Below the pieces are notes generated by a model that saw only the letters and a list, made by a program, of their open reading frames with translations, was not told the origin of the DNA and made no database searches. DNA of 63,369 nt, counting the filler, from an uncultured Methanosarcinales archaeon (GTDB taxonomy: Archaea; Nanobdellota; Nanobdellia; Woesearchaeales; CAZKBD01), in the NCBI GenBank assembly GCA_964550945.1. It is 4 parts of 3 records of this genome, joined end to end, with 100 filler letters (N's around TTAATTAATTAA, not from the genome) between each part and the next. Parts side by side here need not be neighbours in the genome. Positions count along the whole stretch, not along the records: positions 33,692 to 63,369 come from CAZKBD010000010.1; 3 more parts are not named here. One strand, 5' to 3'. The position numbers and the translations under genes are program-made. Each line of letters opens with the position of its first letter. Positions within the stretch are counted from its first letter, which is position 1. Shown here one piece after another: positions 63,164-63,369 of the stretch.

Positions 63164-63369
63164 GATTTCTATAGACTTTTAGTCCTTATTAGTGCTGTTT
63201 TATGATAAACATAACCATTGACTGGTTATAATTCTCTAAGATATATATTAAAATATAGAAATAAACAGAAATATTTATATATGAGTATACATATTAATAT
63301 ATTAATATGGATATTAATGTACCAGTAACAGAAAATGAAATCGTAGCGAGAAAATAGCAAGTGTTTTTA

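Overview
Low-GC archaeal DNA, most consistent with a DPANN genome such as Woesearchaeota. This rests on archaeal ribosomal proteins, pelota, archaeal DnaG, an A/V-type ATPase, TATA-box promoters and DPANN-style surface proteins; the taxon is my inference. The window is four contigs joined by artificial 100-bp linkers (N-TTAATTAATTAA-N at 10147-10246, 28148-28247, 33592-33691), so adjacency across linkers means nothing. Contig 1: TrmB regulator, pelota and a five-gene surface-protein cluster with three lipoprotein paralogues and a membrane protein ending in a degenerate M23-like domain. Contig 2: the L3-L5 ribosomal operon (L4 frameshifted), homospermidine synthase plus ornithine decarboxylase, and the ATPase operon. 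Contig 3: HerA-like ATPase, DnaG and decayed toxin-antitoxin remnants full of palindromes. Contig 4: a PocR-GAF-GGDEF diguanylate cyclase with intact motifs beside a DHH phosphoesterase, a GT3 glycogen synthase, a ~5,800-aa Ig-repeat surface protein, two further proteins sharing its C-terminal domain, and DUF5752-like proteins. Top leads: (1) a candidate archaeal c-di-GMP locus; (2) a family of composite palindromic insertion elements, one in frame inside ATPase subunit I; (3) a candidate filament or surface-assembly system built on the shared C-terminal domain. All calls are by motif recognition; no searches were run.
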